DNA from: Leucoraja erinacea
Lineage: Eukaryota
NCBI RefSeq assembly: GCF_028641065.1
Contig: NW_026576498.1
Coordinates: forward strand, 1 to 64,000
Direction of reading: 5' to 3'
Length of the DNA: 64,000 bases
Shown here: positions 60,501-64,000 of the stretch, piece by piece
Position numbering within the stretch: the stretch's first letter is position 1
Layout of the letters: each line of letters begins with the position of its first letter
Notes under the pieces: generated by a model
Database searches by the model: none
What the model was told of the DNA's origin: nothing
The model's input: only the letters and a program-made list of their open reading frames with translations
Translations under genes and position numbers: made by a program

Positions 60501-62829
60501 GCACTTTGTGTCGATCTTCGGTGTAAACCAGCATCTTTTGATTGTTCTTTAACGTTGCCAATCAGTAGGGATGGCTTCCTGTCCTTTCAGACGAGCAAAT
60601 ACAAACTGCATTATTACGAGACGGCCACTGGACTTAAAATTGTCATGAACACGGACCTGGGCGTGGGAAACATCAGAGACATTCTGAGCCAAATCTACAG
60701 CACTGTAAGTCCGTACAAACTCCTGTCCTGCCCAGTTCAGTCTAGTTGGTTACACATGACAATAATATTGGTGATGCGGGGGTAGAGTTGCTGCCTCACA
60801 GCGCCAGGGCCCCGGGTTCCATCCCAGCTACAGAGCTGCATCTCTGTGCGGAGTTTGCACGTTCTCCCCCCAAGTGACCTGCGTAGCCTTTCTCCGAGAA
60901 CTTCCGTTTCCTCCCACGCTCCAGAGGCGTGCAGGTTTGTAGTTGAATTGGTTTGGTATAAATGTCAAAATTGTGTCGGATAGGATAGCGTCTGAAGAAG
61001 GGTTTCGGCCCGAAACGTTGCCTATTTCCTTCGCTCCATAGATGCTGCCTCACCCGCTGAGTTTCTCCAGCATTTTTGTCTACCCTTGATCAATAGTTTC
61101 TTTATTGTCGTGGTAAAAACAGTAAGATACTTATACATACTTCTTCCTGTGTACGTACATTTTATTTAAGAAGGAACTGCAGATGCTGGAAATTTAAAGG
61201 TAGACAAAAGTGCTGGAGAAACTCAGCGGGTGTAGCAGTGTTTGGAAGATTGTGAAGAAGGGTTTCGGCCCGAAACGCTGCCTATTTCCTTCGCTCCATA
61301 GATGCTGCCTCGCCCGCTGAGTTTCTCCAGCATTTTTGTCTACCTAAGTACATTTTAATGTTATTCATGGCCACACTCAAGCTGTGACCTCTCCCCCATG
61401 CCACTGCAAACTAAATCAGTGGTTCTTAATCTTTTTGGCACCAGTGTGCGTGCCTACGCAAACAAACACTGTATGTGGTATGCACCTTTGTTAGGCTCCT
61501 AAACATGGGCTCAACAAATGGATATAGAAACATAGACAATAGGTGCAGGACGAGGCCATTTGGCCCTTCAAGCCAGCACCATCATTCATTGTGATCATGG
61601 CTGATCGTCCCCAATCAATAACCCGTGCCTGCCTTCTCCCCCATATCCCTCGACTCCACTAGCCCCTAGAGCTCTATCTCACTCGCTCTTAAATCCATCC
61701 AGTGACTTGGCCTCCACTGCCCTCTGTGGCAGAGAATTCCACAAATTCACAAAGTTTTTTCTCGCCTCAGTCTTAAATGACCTCCCCTTTATTCGAAGAT
61801 ATTCTAAGATTATTCTAAGATATGTTACTTGTGTCCCCTTCATGACCCCTGGCAAAGCCCTAAACGACCCCCATGGGGGGGGGGGGGGGTCAAGACCCCC
61901 AGGTTAAGAACCACTGAACTGAACTAACTACTAGAGAGACGGCTCGAGAATCCCAGCCGCAAACCCGCCTCAGACTACGGATAAATCTCACCCACATAGT
62001 TACAGGCAGATAAAATTGAAAGGTAACAGGTTATAGTTGTAACATACCGAGTTAAGCTAAATGGCTACTACGCATATATCTTTTTTTAAATTATTTTTAT
62101 TAGAAGCAATTGTACAAGAATAAAGCAATCGGCATGTAAAATTATACAATTAATGTCCAGCTTCAATTTTAACCTTTCAACTTGAAAATAAGGGAAAAGA
62201 ACAAGAGGGAGAAACAGTGAGAGATGCAAAGATAGGTGCAGGACGAGGCCATTCGGCCCTTCAAGCCAGCTAGACTACCAAAGTAGTTTGGCCAAAGAGT
62301 GGATAAAGAAGTAAGAGAGGAGAAGGGACAAAGAAAAGAAAGGAGAAAAAATAATTAACAAATGGCGATATACCTGCATTTGGTCCCCGCCTCACCCAAC
62401 CCATAGTTGAATTAGATCCAAAGTTGTGTTGTTCCATACTATCCTTGTAAGAATTCGGTGAAGGATGTCCATGTCTTGAAAAATTGATCTGGTTTTTCTG
62501 CCAAGACAAGTCTAATATTTTCCAAATGTGTCTCGGACATGTTTGTAATCCACATCTTCACTGTAGGGACTGATGTTGCTACATATATATCTAACAAATG
62601 ATCAAACGATGATAGTGATGGCACAGACAATGGCCGCGGGTCTGTGCGTTTCGGATTGTATTTGAAGGGACTCTAACGTGCTTGTGCTGTTGCGCGGCAG
62701 ATCTTCGTGGAGCTGGTGGTGAAGAACCCGCTGTGCAGCCTGAACGAGCCCATCCAGAGCGAGCTCTTCCGCACCAAGTTGGACAGCTACGTGCGCGGCC
62801 TGCCCTTCTTCTCCGCCCGTGCCGGCTGA
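57600..62829 (+). CDS. TRAPPC1: Trafficking protein particle complex subunit 1 (BET5 homolog), 145 aa, 4 coding exons
   Basis: Exons: 57600-57698 ([33 protein letters not shown]), 59414-59484 ([23 protein letters not shown]), 60566-60704 ([46 protein letters not shown]), 62701-62829 ([12 protein letters not shown]...[22 protein letters not shown]). Total 438 nt, in frame. Confidence 0.97.
57827..58344 (+). mobile_element. L2-clade LINE 3' fragment nested in a tRNA-SINE
   Basis: Translation [33 protein letters not shown]...[15 protein letters not shown], then AATAAA and a (TAT)n tail. The host SINE is split: ...GGAGTTTGCAC | TTCTCCCCGTGACC... Confidence 0.85.
59485..60565 (+). other. U12-type (minor spliceosome) GT-AG intron in TRAPPC1
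   Basis: 5' splice site GTATCCTTT; branch site TTCTTTAAC (60545-60553) ending 12 nt before the exon; no polypyrimidine tract. Confidence 0.88.
59899..59995 (+). mobile_element. Short Penelope-like repeat with a minimal hammerhead-like motif (representative copy)
   Basis: TCTGAAGAAGGGTTTCGGCCCGAAACGTTGCCTATTTCCTTCGCTCCATAGATGCTGCTGCACCCGCTGAGTTTCTCCAGC. Many full or partial copies occur on both strands. Confidence 0.6.
61417..61916. mobile_element. hAT/Charlie-like element with a nested LINE fragment
   Basis: TIRs CAGTGGTTCTTAA / TTAAGAACCACTG, with an imperfect 8-bp TSD AACTAAAT / AACTGAAC. Confidence 0.65.
62080..62605 (-). mobile_element. Degenerate L1-like LINE 3' fragment
   Basis: Translation [40 protein letters not shown] resembles an L1 ORF2 C-terminus, followed by an AT-rich UTR and A-tail. 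Confidence 0.55.
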
Positions 62830-63059
62830 GCCCGGCCGCCCGCGGTCCAGACGTCTCGCCGAGAGCAGACGCCGGTGGCCCCCGGCACAGGACCTGCCCC
62901 TCTGCCCGGCTTCCATCCCTCCTCCCGCATGGAATTCCTCGCTCCCCACCCCCGGGGTCTCTGCGCGGGCTGGATGGCGGCAGCACCGTGCCGCCGGCGT
63001 TGAAATCGGCAGTCATCTCCGTGATCTTCTGTCGTCTCCCTGCTACCTGTAAGTTGTAA

Positions 63060-63065
63060 AATAAA
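63060..63065 (+). terminator. TRAPPC1 polyadenylation signal AATAAA
   Basis: Lies ~230 nt after the stop codon and is followed by a GT-rich stretch. Confidence 0.7.
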
Positions 63066-63247
63066 TCTGGCCAAAGTGTCTTTGTCGACGTTGATAAATG
63101 AATGGTAGTTTTTGCCAGATCGACTGACTTTTAAAAAAAATGTTTCGAAAGATATAGAAAGAAGGGAGGGAGAAAAAAGAGAGAAAATAAGAGAAATTAC
63201 CAATAACACACTTTTGGAGATAGGTCCCAAGATTACACAAAGTGTAA

Positions 63248-63467
63248 CGCCCCAGTCCCACTTATGAAACCTGAACGGAAACCTCTGGAGACTTTGTGCG
63301 CCCCAACCCAAGGTTTCCGTGCGGTTCCCGGAGGTTGCAGGTGGTTGCCGGAGGTTGCAGCAGGTAGGGAGACTGACAGAAACCTCCGGGAACTGCACGG
63401 AAACCTTGGGTGGGGCACAAAGTCTCCAGAGGTTTCCGTTCAGGTTTCCTAAGTGGGACAGGGGGCA
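63248..63467. mobile_element. Palindromic PIF/Harbinger-like MITE
   Basis: Near-perfect ~90-bp inverted arms (GTCCCACTTA.GAAACCTGAACGGAAACCTCTGGAGACTTTG...) with TAA on both flanks. A half copy is at ~42135-42213. Confidence 0.8.
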
Positions 63468-64000
63468 TAACTATTCATCCAACCCTGGATTCAAGTTTCC
63501 GTGCTGGAACAATTTACCCTTTCGGAAGATCATTAAATGGAAACCATATTCTAGCAAATAAATCTGGTTTCTCAATTAAGACAAGTTACATTTTTTCCAA
63601 GTGTAAGGTCTCAGACATCTCCATAATCCACATTTTGGAGTGACTTCTTAGGGTCGAATTTAGATTAACGAGCTTTGTTCATCCCCAGAGGGAAACTGGT
63701 CGGCCAACAGTCGCAACACACAAGGGGCACGGAAACTTAATTTAAATTAAATTAAAGGGGAAAACAAAAAGAAAATGACAAGCGACTGTTGGCAGGCTTG
63801 CCGTGTGCACGGCGCCTGAACGGGAACGCACGAACAACCACGTTCCCCCGCCTTCTCCCCATAACCTGACTGATTCCTGGGATGTCAGGACTTTCTTTCT
63901 TTTTTTTCTTCTTTTTTTTAATTTTTATTAGCAGTACAGTAAATCACATTAATACATCGCATATATCTTATTACATTATGTTGTACCACTTCACTTTTTG

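Overview
Repeat-dense vertebrate genomic DNA with seven N-gaps, most likely a cartilaginous fish (skate or ray), inferred from abundant CR1-like (HER1-type) LINE 3' ends and tRNA-derived (HE1-type) SINEs. I assembled three spliced genes by hand, all with consistent intron phases. (1) A 6-exon + strand gene (2551-14546, ~543 aa) encodes a signal peptide, a six-cysteine CC chemokine domain, a 45-bp-repeat mucin stalk, a transmembrane helix and a short tail. This is a membrane-anchored CC chemokine with CXCL16/CX3CL1-type architecture, and a compact ISRE/GAS/NF-kB module sits just upstream of its ATG. (2) CNTROB (centrobin) has 19 coding exons on the - strand (52235->25187, ~1079 aa). (3) TRAPPC1 has 4 coding exons on the + strand (57600-62829, 145 aa), lies head-to-head with CNTROB and contains a U12-type intron. 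Also present: a processed UBE2I pseudogene fragment, inverted duplicates of single exons of the chemokine gene and of CNTROB, a tandem Helitron, Harbinger and hAT MITEs, many short Penelope-like repeats with a minimal hammerhead-ribozyme-like motif, and several tandem repeats. Most ORFs in the supplied track are repeat-derived or low-complexity artefacts.
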